Shown: piece after piece, positions 9,204 through 19,362 of the stretch
Layout: each line of letters opens with the position of its first letter
Numbering within the stretch: the first letter of the stretch is position 1
DNA from: Candidatus Scalinduaceae bacterium
GTDB lineage: Bacteria > Planctomycetota > Brocadiia > Brocadiales > Scalinduaceae
Length of the DNA stretch: 64,000 bases
Reading direction: 5' to 3'
NCBI GenBank assembly: GCA_046759445.1
Contig: JBHICG010000002.1
Span: 52,763-116,762, forward strand
Notes under the pieces: generated by a model
What the model was told of the DNA's origin: nothing
The model's database searches: none
What the model saw: the letters and a program-made list of their open reading frames with translations, nothing else
Program-made: the position numbers and the translations under genes

Positions 9204-9377
9204 ATGTCAATTATGAAATTTCCACCAATGGAAGAAAAAAAAGGATTTTTAGATACTAATGAAAAGGTTCATGAGGCTTGGTGTTCTTTAGAAAAAGCAA
9301 CGGAGAAAGATTATAAGAAATACGATGAAGCGAAAAGGGCTGTACAAGAAATATCCCAAACTAAACTTTTAGACTAA
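9204..9377 (+). CDS. small 57-aa protein (not in ORF track)
   Basis: AAGGAG at 9191-9196, ATG 1 nt after upstream stop; MSIMKFPPMEEKKGFLDTNEKVHEAWCSLEKATEKDYKKYDEAKRAVQEISQTKLLD*. Confidence 0.65.
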   Translation: MSIMKFPPMEEKKGFLDTNEKVHEAWCSLEKATEKDYKKYDEAKRAVQEISQTKLLD

Positions 9378-9568
9378 GATTAAAACGAAGAAATTATTTC
9401 CCATAAAATAACAGTTCGGTCTTACATTTAAATTAATCAACTCACTTCTCAAAGATTTCAATTGCTTGGTTTATGCTTATATCCCATCGTAAGATTTTTA
9501 ACGGTCGCTGTTGTATATGCTCAGTAATTAAGTAACTCTTTTGGTATAATAAATCAAAAACATTTTTC

Positions 9569-9770
9569 TAAGACAGAATCATCCTTTCAACTTTGGTTTT
9601 TGCTGTTTTAATAATTTTTTTTGCTTCTTCTTGTAACTTTTCTGCATTTTGCATTCATTCATTAACTTCATCTACGATTTTTTGCTGAATATTTAGAGAT
9701 GGGATTGGGATCTTGGTGGTATTCAATAATTCAACATTTACCCCTGACTGATTATTCCAATTTGTACATA
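9569..9770 (-). pseudogene. restriction-modification specificity (S) subunit C-terminal fragment
   Basis: NQSGVNVELLNTTKIPIPSLNIQQKIVDEVNE*MQNAEKLQEEAKK...; internal stop, no N-terminus; coordinates approximate. Confidence 0.55.
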
Positions 9771-10085
9771 TAGTAAAAAATATCTTATGTTTTTGATATA
9801 TATTTAGAATTATTGTTAAGTATTCTGGGCAAAATAGGGCCAATAAGAGAAAGGAAATAAATTACGTTTTTATTGCATAACATTTTACTTAAGCTAACTG
9901 TAAATTAGTCATACCTTTCAATATTTTATCTCCTTCCATTCTACATTTCTTTACTGCAGTTAGGGTTCATTCTTCCAGCAATGTTTTTGTCTAAAATAAT
10001 TTCTCTATCCAAGTTCTGTAAGTTCTTCAATTACTTTTAAGTCTGTATCTGTGGCTTCGTTAATATTTGGCATATTAATACACAC

Positions 10086-10271
10086 TCATCTTTTTTGTTG
10101 AGGCTTACTTTTCTATGATATCTTCTGTGGTTGTGAAAATAGCTCCAGCATCTTTCATTTCATTCAGTGCTTCTTCTACCCTCTTCGTTAACAGCCTTAA
10201 TCGCATCTGTAACCAGTGAAACTTTGTACCCACGTCTTAGCAGTTCAAGGATGGCCACCTTAACACAAAAT
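10086..10271 (-). pseudogene. nicotinamidase/isochorismatase C-terminal fragment, frameshifted
   Basis: FCVKVAILELLRRGYKVSLVTDAIKAV, then a shifted frame EEALNEMKDAGAIFTTTEDI; coordinates approximate. Confidence 0.55.
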
Positions 10272-10368
10272 TAATTAAGGAACCTAATTATATCCTTGCT
10301 GTCTTTTGTATGATAAATAATTATTACAATCGGTAAATTATTTTTCGCTTCCACCTGAATAACCCTTT

Positions 10369-10584
10369 TTAATAGTTCTTGTTGTGACATTTATCGAGAC
10401 GCTTCAAGAGCATTTTTTTGAATTCTTTTTCTGAAAGATTCGGAAATCTCTTACGTAATCCATGAATAAAAAGTTTATTTGCAAATTCGGACAACTCAAA
10501 TGCCTTAAGCAACCTCCTTTCAGGTGACATTTTACGAAGCACTTGAATGTATATCTTATGATTTGGACGTTCTTTAATATTCAT
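10369..10584 (-). CDS. small hypothetical protein, type often found upstream of nucleotidyltransferase genes
   Basis: YIQVLRKMSPERRLLKAFELSEF; overlaps a truncated MSQQELLKRVIQV start at 10390. Confidence 0.55.
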   Translation of the reverse strand: MNIKERPNHKIYIQVLRKMSPERRLLKAFELSEFANKLFIHGLRKRFPNLSEKEFKKMLLKRLDKCHNKNY

Positions 10585-10663
10585 ATTTGATAAAGTTCTT
10601 TTAAGGCTTCTTTTTCTCTTTCTTCACTAACAACTTTAACTGTTCCACAATATTTTATCACTT

Positions 10664-11044
10664 CTATAACTGTTTTTTTAACCATTTTAGAACCTCTTTG
10701 CCTTTTTCAAATATTACCTTTGTTTTCTCTTTATCATAGTCTTTTAGCATCTTCTGGAGGTCGTCTGGATAATATGGGAAGATTCTCATCTTATTCAGGG
10801 CAGAAATAGTATCAGAAAATTCTTCAGGAAGCTTTAAGTGAACTTTTTCAATGAGATACGGTAGATTGTTTGTGTTTAAGGGTATTGCGTTGAATTTCTT
10901 CTGATAAAGCCCTTTAAGGGCTTTTTCAATGGAAAGATGGCACAGAAATACGGCATAAAAATACCTTTCGGCCTTAAGCATATACTCGGCAGTATCCATA
11001 TCGTAATCAGCCTGACTCAGCCATTCTTCAGGTTTTTTTGCCAT
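10664..11044 (-). CDS. HEPN domain protein
   Basis: EEWLSQADYDMDTAEYM...AVFLCHLSIEKALKG; AGGAG RBS. Confidence 0.85.
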   Translation of the reverse strand: MAKKPEEWLSQADYDMDTAEYMLKAERYFYAVFLCHLSIEKALKGLYQKKFNAIPLNTNNLPYLIEKVHLKLPEEFSDTISALNKMRIFPYYPDDLQKMLKDYDKEKTKVIFEKGKEVLKWLKKQL

Positions 11045-11310
11045 ACTTACTCCTATCCCTTAGATTATGTGTATGTATATTTGCAAATCTTTTTTACAGT
11101 ATCGCTCTACCGAAAAAGCGATTTTATAAAAAGCCCCGTTTATATAAGATTGTAATATACTTGTTTCGATTTGTAAACGCAGAGTTTTTGAGATGAGATT
11201 GCGAATAGATATGGCTATCTGGGATAATCTCTAAGACCATAGAATTAAAAAGGAAGAGAGTGGTCTTTTATCCTTAGGAGACAGTGTTTATTATGTGGAA
11301 CTTGTCGCTA

Positions 11311-11895
11311 CTAGCCGGGTAAACCGAGCGTGTATGATTCTTGTTTATGTTTAGAAAGATTTATAAATTCCATCCCCCGCTCTATAGCTAGTTTATTTAC
11401 CTCAAAAAAAGGAGCTTTATTACCTTTTAAGACATTTTTTAGACATGAGAGAAAGATAGGGATAGAAACAAGTTTTTTTACGGCATTGTATGCACCCAAC
11501 ATAACCATGTTTGATGCTACTACATTACCCAGTTTGTTTGCTATTTCAGTTGCTGGAATTTTAAAAATGCTTGTTGTACCTGTTTCGTTATCTATTTTAT
11601 CAATCATGGACGAGTTTAAAAAGAGCGAACCGCCTGGCTTAAGATAACTCTTAAATTTTAGATAGGAAGGCATGTTCATCATAACAAGTGAATCAGCCTC
11701 TTCGATAACGGGAGAGAAAATTTCCTCTTCTGAAACTACTAAGTGATAAAAAGCTGTGCCACCTCGTACTTCCGTACCATAGGAGGGAAAAAAGGTTACG
11801 TTTTTCCCATCAAGCATCACTGCCTGTGCGATTAATCTACCAAGAAGCATCATCCCCTGTCCGCCCAAGCCGGCCAAGATTACGTTTTCCGTCAT
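11311..11895 (-). CDS. 2-oxoacid:ferredoxin oxidoreductase gamma subunit
   Basis: AGLGGQG, PSYGTEVRGG, NMVMLGA. Confidence 0.92.
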   Translation of the reverse strand: MTENVILAGLGGQGMMLLGRLIAQAVMLDGKNVTFFPSYGTEVRGGTAFYHLVVSEEEIFSPVIEEADSLVMMNMPSYLKFKSYLKPGGSLFLNSSMIDKIDNETGTTSIFKIPATEIANKLGNVVASNMVMLGAYNAVKKLVSIPIFLSCLKNVLKGNKAPFFEVNKLAIERGMEFINLSKHKQESYTLGLPG

Positions 11896-11910
11896 TTTAA
11901 TAGAAGGTCT

Positions 11911-12657
11911 TTAATTTTTGTTTTCCCAGTCTTTGAAAATACCCAGTGGATACGTCTCGGTCATTTTATCATCTATGAATTTCATAGCATCTTGGGGATT
12001 CATTCGCCAGTACACTGGACATGGAGAAAGAACCTCTATTAACGAAAACCCCTTTTTCTCTATTTGGGTCACAAACCCTTTTTCTAATAATTGTTTCGTT
12101 TTAATGATTTTTTTTGGAGAAGATACTGAGGTTCTTGCGAGAAAACTGCTTCCATCTATTACAGAGAGGATTTCGCAAACACGGAGGGGGTATCCATCGT
12201 TCTTCTCACTGCGCCCTTGAGGCGTTGTTAATGTCCTTTGATCGAGTAAGGTGGTTGGCGCCATTTGTCCGTTTGTCATACCGTATACTGCGTTGTTTAC
12301 AAAGATTACGGTTATATTTTCGCCACGATTGGCGGTATGGATTATTTCTGCTGTTCCGATTGCGGCCAGGTCACCGTCTCCCTGATAAGAAAAAACAATC
12401 CTGTCTGGATGAACCCGTTTTATCCCGGTAGCAACCGCAGGTGGGCGTCCATGAGCTGCCTCGCACATGTCTATATCAAGATAGTTATACGCTAATACTG
12501 CACATCCTACAGGGGCTAACCCTATTGTCTTATCCTTAATATCCATATCGTCAATTATCTCAGCAATTAATCTGTGAACGATACCATGCCCGCAGCCAGG
12601 GCAATAATGTGTTGGAGTATCAATTAGTGTTTGTGGGTTTTCATATACTGCTTCCAT
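11911..12657 (-). CDS. 2-oxoacid:ferredoxin oxidoreductase beta (TPP-binding) subunit
   Basis: HYCPGCGHG, GDGDLAAIG, NNAVYGMTNGQ, SPCP. Confidence 0.93.
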   Translation of the reverse strand: MEAVYENPQTLIDTPTHYCPGCGHGIVHRLIAEIIDDMDIKDKTIGLAPVGCAVLAYNYLDIDMCEAAHGRPPAVATGIKRVHPDRIVFSYQGDGDLAAIGTAEIIHTANRGENITVIFVNNAVYGMTNGQMAPTTLLDQRTLTTPQGRSEKNDGYPLRVCEILSVIDGSSFLARTSVSSPKKIIKTKQLLEKGFVTQIEKKGFSLIEVLSPCPVYWRMNPQDAMKFIDDKMTETYPLGIFKDWENKN

Positions 12658-12714
12658 TTAACATATCTCCTCCTCGTTATCTTGAGGATAACGATTAAAA
12701 TCTGTTTATTTATT

Positions 12715-13806
12715 TTATGTTACACAGGTTACCTTCTCTTTAGAAGGCGTTATTTCAAGAATCTTCTCAAATATTTCTTTAGGAGAAGGTATTCCACCGC
12801 CTGTTCTTCCGTAAAAGTGAACCGGACATCGTCCATAAACTGATAATCGAACGTCTTCCACCATTTGTCCCGCACTCATTTCCACAGTTAGTATAGCATG
12901 TACTCTTTCTGAAATTCTTTGTAAAATATTACATGGAAAGGGCCACAAGGTAATTGGCCTTATTAAGCCTACTTTTACATTTAGATTTTCACATTTCCTT
13001 ATAACATCTTTACATATCCTTGCACATGTGCCATAAGCGACTAAAACAATATCTGCTTCTTTGGTATTTATTTCTTCATAGCGTACTTCCTCTGCCTTAA
13101 TTTCACTATATTTCTTTTGCAGTTTGGCGTTAAATTCCTCAAGCTCTCCTTTAACCGGATAAAACGACTTGATAATGTTTCTTTTCCTTTCCTTGGCGCC
13201 CGTAAGAGCCCAGGTTTTTGGTGGCAAGTTTGGCTTTTGTTTTTTGTTAAATACAACAGGTTCCATCATCTGGCCTAATTGAGCATCGCCTAAAATCATT
13301 ACCGGATTTCTGTAACAATCTGCCAAATCAAACGCATCGAAAACAAGGTCTGCCGTCTCTTGTACCGAACTCGGCGCTAACACGATGGTGTGATAGTCGC
13401 CATGTCCCCCACCTTTTACGGCTTGAAAGTAGTCGGCTTGAGAAGGAGAGATGTCTCCTAAACCAGGTCCACCACGCTGCATATTTACGATTATGCATGG
13501 AAGTTCACTTCCCGCCAGATAAGATATCCCTTCCTGTTTGAGACTAATCCCGGGACTTGAAGAGGATGTCATCGTCCTGGCCCCTGCAGCAGCGCTCCCA
13601 TGTACCATGTTTATGGCAGCAAGTTCACTTTCTACCTGTATGAATGTACCACCGACTTGTGGCATTCTGATGGCCATGTGCGTCACAATTTCATTTTGCG
13701 GTGTTATTGGATATCCATAGTAGAATCTACAACCAGCCAATATAGCAGCTTCTGCAGCAGCCTCATTGCCGGTAAAGAGTTGTTTCTGGTTCTTTTCAGT
13801 TGGCAT
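12715..13806 (-). CDS. 2-oxoacid:ferredoxin oxidoreductase alpha subunit (2-oxoisovalerate/VOR-type)
   Basis: GNEAAAEAA, GYPITPQ, ESELAA, TSSSSPGISLKQEG, QRGGPG, VEMSAGQM. Confidence 0.92.
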   Translation of the reverse strand: MPTEKNQKQLFTGNEAAAEAAILAGCRFYYGYPITPQNEIVTHMAIRMPQVGGTFIQVESELAAINMVHGSAAAGARTMTSSSSPGISLKQEGISYLAGSELPCIIVNMQRGGPGLGDISPSQADYFQAVKGGGHGDYHTIVLAPSSVQETADLVFDAFDLADCYRNPVMILGDAQLGQMMEPVVFNKKQKPNLPPKTWALTGAKERKRNIIKSFYPVKGELEEFNAKLQKKYSEIKAEEVRYEEINTKEADIVLVAYGTCARICKDVIRKCENLNVKVGLIRPITLWPFPCNILQRISERVHAILTVEMSAGQMVEDVRLSVYGRCPVHFYGRTGGGIPSPKEIFEKILEITPSKEKVTCVT

Positions 13807-14638
13807 TGTAAGTAGGTTGCCCCCTCCAATTCAATTTTTCCCTCAAGACATCATAAAAAGTTCTTGTTTGTGTATCAACAAGTTGCAGCTTTTCTTTAGC
13901 CTTTTCAACAAGAATTTTATCTCCAGCCATGATATCAGTATATACCTGGCCATCAATGGTTAGTCCAACTCCTTTTGATTCAGATACCTGTTCCATTTCA
14001 ATCCTGGAATCACCGGAAACCACAAGTGGACGGTTTGATAAGGTATGAGGGCATATCGGCGTAATAATAAAGGCTTCCATATCTGGTGTAACTATCGGAC
14101 CGCCAGCAGATAAAGAATGTGCGGTTGACCCTGCTGGAGTCGATATAATCAGGCCGTCACTGCTATAGGTGGTAACCTCTTTTCCGTTTATATATAATTT
14201 GATCGAAATTAACCTTGATAGAGAAGCCCTGGAAATAACAGCATCATTCAAGCCCAGGGTTTTCTTGATGATTTGTTTAGAGCGGATTACATGACAAGTT
14301 AATAACATTCTTTGCGAGATAACATATTTCTCGGCAAATATTTTATCAAGGGAATGACTAATTTCTTTGGGGGTGAGTTCAGCCAAAAAACCGAATTTCC
14401 CCAGGTGTACGCCGATTAGGGGAATTTGCCTTCCATGAAGTTTTCTGCAGGCCGCCAGTATTGTACCATCTCCTCCAAAAACAAATGCTAAATCGGCTGA
14501 TAAATCTTCCATTTTGTCTTCATTAGTAATGTCAACTATCGAGAGGTGACATTTCTTGCGGAACAGGGGTTCCAGTTCAGCTATTGTCTCTCGTATCCTT
14601 TTCTTGCTTTTATTGCCTAGGATTAAAATCTTCTTCAT
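13796..14638 (-). CDS. nadK: NAD kinase
   Basis: GGDGT, GKFGFL, LND, DGLIISTPAGSTAHSLSAGG. Confidence 0.95.
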   Translation of the reverse strand: MKKILILGNKSKKRIRETIAELEPLFRKKCHLSIVDITNEDKMEDLSADLAFVFGGDGTILAACRKLHGRQIPLIGVHLGKFGFLAELTPKEISHSLDKIFAEKYVISQRMLLTCHVIRSKQIIKKTLGLNDAVISRASLSRLISIKLYINGKEVTTYSSDGLIISTPAGSTAHSLSAGGPIVTPDMEAFIITPICPHTLSNRPLVVSGDSRIEMEQVSESKGVGLTIDGQVYTDIMAGDKILVEKAKEKLQLVDTQTRTFYDVLREKLNWRGQPTYNAN

Positions 14639-16578
14639 ATCAAATTAGGAGTCTGTTTATACTCCTCTTTATTTTTGGTAATTGCAGGTTCTTGTTTGTT
14701 CCAGGACGAAATAAAGCTTTTATAGATGCCTTCCGCATCAAGACTAAGGGTTTTTAATATTACATCGCGAGAACCGTGTTCAATAAATTTATCAGGGAGA
14801 CCCAGTCTATGAAGACATTGGGCATTAATACCTTTGTCACCCAGTAATTCTTGAATTGCTGAGCCAAATCCTCCAATTAATGAATGGTCTTCTACCGTAA
14901 TAACAATTTGGTGCTCTTTTACAACGTCTATGATAAGATTCTCATCCAACGGTTTAGCAAAACGGGCATTTACAACGGTAATATCAATTCCTTTTTTGGT
15001 AAGCATATCCGCACACTGCATGGATTGATATACCATTGCTCCGTATGCAATAATTGCGCCGTCTTTACCTTTTCTTAAGACTTCACCTTTTCCTATTTCT
15101 ATGGATTCAAATTTTTTATTAAGATTTTCTTCCGGCACATTTGCTCTCGGATAACGTATTGCTACTGGAGAATTAAGTTGAACCGCCTTATTTAACATTA
15201 TCTTTAATTCAGTGCCGTCTTTTGGAGCCATTAATATTATCCCTGGCAGATGCCTTAAGTAGGCGATATCAAAAACACCATTATGAGTGGGCCCATCACT
15301 CCCTACGACACCTGCCCTATCGAGGGCCATCACAATACCATGTCCCTGAAGACAGACGTCATGAAAGACTTGGTCATATGCACGCTGTAAAAAGGTCGAA
15401 TATATTGCTGCCACAGGTTTAAGTCCAGCGGCTACTAATCCGTTTGCAAGTCCAATGGCGTGTTGTTCGCACATCCCTACATCAAAGTACCTATCGGGAA
15501 TTTTTTTACCAAAAGTATCAGTACCTGTTCCTTCAGGCATTGCGGCTGTTATTGCCACTATATTTTTATTAGATTTGGCGATTTCAACAAGCGTTTCGCT
15601 GAATATCTTCGTGTAGCTAATTTTTTTAGGATCTTTAGGGGCCTCTATAACCTTTCCATTCTGCATTTGAAAGTTGCCAGCGCTGTGATAATAAGCGGGG
15701 TTTTTTGATGCAGGTTCAAATCCCTTACCCTTTTCGGTAATTACGTGAAGTAATATAGGTCCTTTCAGGTGTTTAATATCACGTAAGATGTCTAATAGGG
15801 TTCTAATGTCATGACCATCAACAGGCCCGAAATAGTTAAATCCCAAGTCGACAAATATCTGTCCTGGAGTAATTTCCCGCCTTAATATTTCTATAATATG
15901 TTCTAATGTATGGTCCATACGTTTACCAACAATTGGCAACGATTGTAATAAATGATGGACTTCTTTTTTGAAATCCGTAAAAATGGGTGTGGTGCGAATT
16001 TTATTTAAATATTTTGAGAATGCACCTACTGTATTTGAGATTGCCATTTCGTTATCATTGAGCACTACGATTAAGTTTCTTTTTAAATACCCCGCATGGT
16101 TAAGCGCTTCAAAGGACATACCGGCTCCTATTGCCGCATCTCCGGCGACAACAACAATTTTCCTGTTCACATCATTTATTTTATCAGCACAAGAGAGGCC
16201 GAGAGCGGAAGAAATCGCATGTCCGCTGTGACCACAGGTGAATGGGTCGTATTCGCTTTCATTCTTATCCGGAAAACCACTTAGTCCTTTATATTGTCTT
16301 AGAGTTGAAAATGCCTTTCTCCTTCCTGTGAGTAATTTGTGGACATAAGTTTGATGACCTACATCCCAGATTAGCTTGTCTTTAAGAAAGTCAAACGTAT
16401 AGTGTAAGGCAATTGTAAGTTCAACTACACCAAGGTTTGATGCCAGATGGCCAGGATTTTTGGAAACAACGTCAATTATAAATTCCCTCATTTCCTGTGC
16501 TAAGACCATCAAATCTTCCGTGTTTAGTTGCTGCAAATCCTGCGGATAGTTTATTTTTTCTAATATTTTATGTGCCAT
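14635..16578 (-). CDS. dxs: 1-deoxy-D-xylulose-5-phosphate synthase
   Basis: GHLASNLGVVELT, WDVGHQ, EQHA, YSTFLQRAYDQ, DRAGVVGSDGPTH. Confidence 0.97.
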   Translation of the reverse strand: MAHKILEKINYPQDLQQLNTEDLMVLAQEMREFIIDVVSKNPGHLASNLGVVELTIALHYTFDFLKDKLIWDVGHQTYVHKLLTGRRKAFSTLRQYKGLSGFPDKNESEYDPFTCGHSGHAISSALGLSCADKINDVNRKIVVVAGDAAIGAGMSFEALNHAGYLKRNLIVVLNDNEMAISNTVGAFSKYLNKIRTTPIFTDFKKEVHHLLQSLPIVGKRMDHTLEHIIEILRREITPGQIFVDLGFNYFGPVDGHDIRTLLDILRDIKHLKGPILLHVITEKGKGFEPASKNPAYYHSAGNFQMQNGKVIEAPKDPKKISYTKIFSETLVEIAKSNKNIVAITAAMPEGTGTDTFGKKIPDRYFDVGMCEQHAIGLANGLVAAGLKPVAAIYSTFLQRAYDQVFHDVCLQGHGIVMALDRAGVVGSDGPTHNGVFDIAYLRHLPGIILMAPKDGTELKIMLNKAVQLNSPVAIRYPRANVPEENLNKKFESIEIGKGEVLRKGKDGAIIAYGAMVYQSMQCADMLTKKGIDITVVNARFAKPLDENLIIDVVKEHQIVITVEDHSLIGGFGSAIQELLGDKGINAQCLHRLGLPDKFIEHGSRDVILKTLSLDAEGIYKSFISSWNKQEPAITKNKEEYKQTPNLI

Positions 16579-16646
16579 TTTGCTCCTTCACGATTTAGCT
16601 TTTTTCGAGCTACCTGAATTATAAGGCAGTTCAATAATCTACATGC

Positions 16647-16889
16647 TTAATTCTCATCCTGAGTTTTTTCCAAATTGAATTCTTGAATACAGGTTTCGCC
16701 AGTTGCGTTTTTAAATAGGATGTTAATCTTCTTTTCAGTATTTTCTAATATTTGATAACATTGTTTGTATATTTTAATACCCCTTTCGTATTTTGCAAGG
16801 GTTTCGTCTAATGTTATTTCACCTTTTTCTAACTGTTCAACTATTTCTTCAAGCTCTTTTAGGGATGCCTCGAAATTTTTCTTCTTCAA
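16647..16889 (-). CDS. xseB: exodeoxyribonuclease VII small subunit
   Basis: FEASLKELEEIVEQLEKGEITLDETLAKYERG; lies between xseA and dxs. Confidence 0.93.
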   Translation of the reverse strand: MKKKNFEASLKELEEIVEQLEKGEITLDETLAKYERGIKIYKQCYQILENTEKKINILFKNATGETCIQEFNLEKTQDEN

Positions 16890-16907
16890 TTATTTATTAA
16901 TCCTTAA

Positions 16908-18161
16908 TTATCTTTCAGTAGAAAGTATTGTAGAGATGATACTGCCTTTAAATAACTTTGTTTTAATTTTGTCGCCTTCGTTTAAATCCTCCACTTCGCA
17001 AAGAGATTTATTATTTTCCAACCGGGTCGTAATAGTATACCCTCTTTTTAATACACTGAAAGGATTTAAACTTTCCAATTTACCTGCAATGCCCGACAAT
17101 TTTTCACGTTCAGTGTTTAAGGTATGTGTTATATTTAAGTTAAGCCTCTGGGTAAATTCATCTAATCTTTGTTGCAGCCTGTGAAGCTTATCTAATGGTT
17201 GTTTCATTATATAACTATCGGCAATTCTGGTAAGCTTATCTTTTGATAATGTTAGTTTATTTTTAAGTGACTGAAAAAGTCTTATCTTAAATTTTTCTAA
17301 CATCTCAAGGAGTAAATCTCTGCGAGGTACAACTAATTCACCTGCCTCGGAAGGTGTAAGAGCTCTCCTGTCTGCAACCAGATCAGCTATTGTTATATCA
17401 ATTTCATGCCCTACTGCAGAGATTACGGGTATTCTAGAGTTGTATACGCTCCATGCAACAATTTCTTCATTAAAGGCCCATAAGTCTTCCAGGCTGCCAC
17501 CTCCTCTGCCTACAATAATTACGTCAATGTCAGGCAGCTTATTTAATTCTATAATTGCCTCAGCGATTTCTTCTGCGGCACCGTCACCTTGTACTTTCAC
17601 GGGATTTAGGAGTATCTCAACGTTGGCAAAGCGACGGTTTATAATGTTTAAGATGTCTTTGATTGCGGCGCCGGTAGGTGATGTTACTATTCCTATTTTC
17701 TTTGGTATGAATGGAATAGTTTTTTTATGAGAGGGATCAAACAAGCCTTCTTTTTCCAACTTTTCCTTTAGTTGTTGAAATGCAAGCTGCAGGGCGCCTA
17801 TGCCTTTAGGTTCTATTTCATCAATTATTAATTGATACTGTCCTCTTGGTTCATAAACGGTAATTGAACCAAAAGACATTACTTCTATTCCATCCTTGAG
17901 TTCAAACTTAATCTTGTTAGCGGTATTTCTGAAAATAACTGCCTGAAGTTGTGCATTTTCATCCTTAAGTGTTAAATAAACATGGCCTGAACCTGGTTTT
18001 CTTACGTTAGATATTTCACCCACTATACTTATATTAGAAAAACTCTGTTCCAGGGATGTTCTGATTTTTCTTGTAATTTCAGAAACAGAGAATACCTTTT
18101 CGATTTGTTGTCTGAAAAGAGATTCTTGGTTTACTTTGTTTACCGGGAATTTATCAGACAT
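16908..18161 (-). CDS. xseA: exodeoxyribonuclease VII large subunit
   Basis: GEISN, SGHVYLTLKD, GRGGGSLEDLWAFNEE, SAVGHEID, TPSEAG, VLKRGY. Confidence 0.97.
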   Translation of the reverse strand: MSDKFPVNKVNQESLFRQQIEKVFSVSEITRKIRTSLEQSFSNISIVGEISNVRKPGSGHVYLTLKDENAQLQAVIFRNTANKIKFELKDGIEVMSFGSITVYEPRGQYQLIIDEIEPKGIGALQLAFQQLKEKLEKEGLFDPSHKKTIPFIPKKIGIVTSPTGAAIKDILNIINRRFANVEILLNPVKVQGDGAAEEIAEAIIELNKLPDIDVIIVGRGGGSLEDLWAFNEEIVAWSVYNSRIPVISAVGHEIDITIADLVADRRALTPSEAGELVVPRRDLLLEMLEKFKIRLFQSLKNKLTLSKDKLTRIADSYIMKQPLDKLHRLQQRLDEFTQRLNLNITHTLNTEREKLSGIAGKLESLNPFSVLKRGYTITTRLENNKSLCEVEDLNEGDKIKTKLFKGSIISTILSTER

Positions 18162-18216
18162 TTCTATGCAGCCCTAATGTTGTGATTATAACTAAAGTTT
18201 TTGCTCAAAATCGCAC

Positions 18217-19029
18217 TCAATTATTAGCATAAACATTATAGCCATTTTCATTAATTTTAACTCTCTTTATCTTCTCAGCCTTGCCTGTTTCCTTGTTTAC
18301 GGTTATTACTGCTCCTTCTATATGAAGATCCTTTTCGGCTATGTCATAACGAGCAGGCACTTGTGTGACAATAGACTTTAATACAGGGTCTATACGCCTG
18401 CCTAGAATTGATTCATGTGGACCTGTCATACCCAGGTCTGTGATATAGCCGGTTCCTTTGGGTAAAATCTTTTCATCTGCCGTTTGTACATGTGTATGTG
18501 TGCCAACAACTGCGCTTACCTTGCCGTCTAGATGCCATCCCATTGCTATTTTTTCAGAGGTTGCTTCAGCATGCATGTCAACGATTATTATTTTTGTCAG
18601 TTTTGAAAGTTCCTTTACTGCCGCATCTGCAGCCCTGAATGGGCAATCTACTGGTTTCATAAATACGCGCCCTAAAAGATTAATTATACCAATAGAGCAA
18701 CCCTCCTTTGTTTTAATAGCAACATATCCTCTACCGTGTGCTAAAGGAGAATAATTCGCTGGCCTGAGTAGCCTTTGTTCGGACTGTAGAGAATTGAAGA
18801 TTTCTTTTCTTTTCCAGACATGATCTCCCATTGTTATTACGTTTATGTCGTAAGAGAAGAGTTTGTTAGCAATATTAACGGTTATTCCCGAGCCACCTGC
18901 AGAGTTTTCTGCATTTGCTATGCAAAAACCGACATCTTGTTCTTTAATAAAATTTTGAAGTTTTTCCCCTAAAATCTTTCTTCCCGGTTGCCCTACGATA
19001 TCGCCAATTGCGAGGATATTTAATTGCAT
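18217..19029 (-). CDS. YmdB/TIGR00282 metallophosphoesterase
   Basis: IGDIVGQPG, NAENSAGG, MHAEATSEK, GTHTHVQTAD, YITDLGMTG; start placed at MQLNIL (19029) rather than 19113. Confidence 0.92.
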   Translation of the reverse strand: MQLNILAIGDIVGQPGRKILGEKLQNFIKEQDVGFCIANAENSAGGSGITVNIANKLFSYDINVITMGDHVWKRKEIFNSLQSEQRLLRPANYSPLAHGRGYVAIKTKEGCSIGIINLLGRVFMKPVDCPFRAADAAVKELSKLTKIIIVDMHAEATSEKIAMGWHLDGKVSAVVGTHTHVQTADEKILPKGTGYITDLGMTGPHESILGRRIDPVLKSIVTQVPARYDIAEKDLHIEGAVITVNKETGKAEKIKRVKINENGYNVYANN

Positions 19030-19362
19030 TTTAAAAAATTGAGTATGATTTGAAAAATCATATAATAGACAGCGTATTAATTTTTTTGTGGGGTTATTAT
19101 ATCCCCTGTACATTACCCTTTCAATGAAATCTTGAGCCTTCAGAGAGAAAATATAACTGTACTTACGTTCTATATTTCAATTCTCTTAATATTGCTATAC
19201 AAGCGATGGTACTAAAAAATATGTTATCATCATTGCAAACTGAAAACCAACAAATTCTGTTAACCCATGATTTCTTAACAATTTCTTGCTTGACACTTTT
19301 AATACAATATATTACATTGTATTCTCTTTGAATACACGTATTCGTAATGAAAAAGCAAATTA

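Noticed and set aside
11330..18754. Many short plus-strand ORFs in the track (also 634-1116, 34600-35676, 40304-40792 and similar)
   Set aside because: Antisense or off-frame shadows of well-supported genes with no motif or RBS support.
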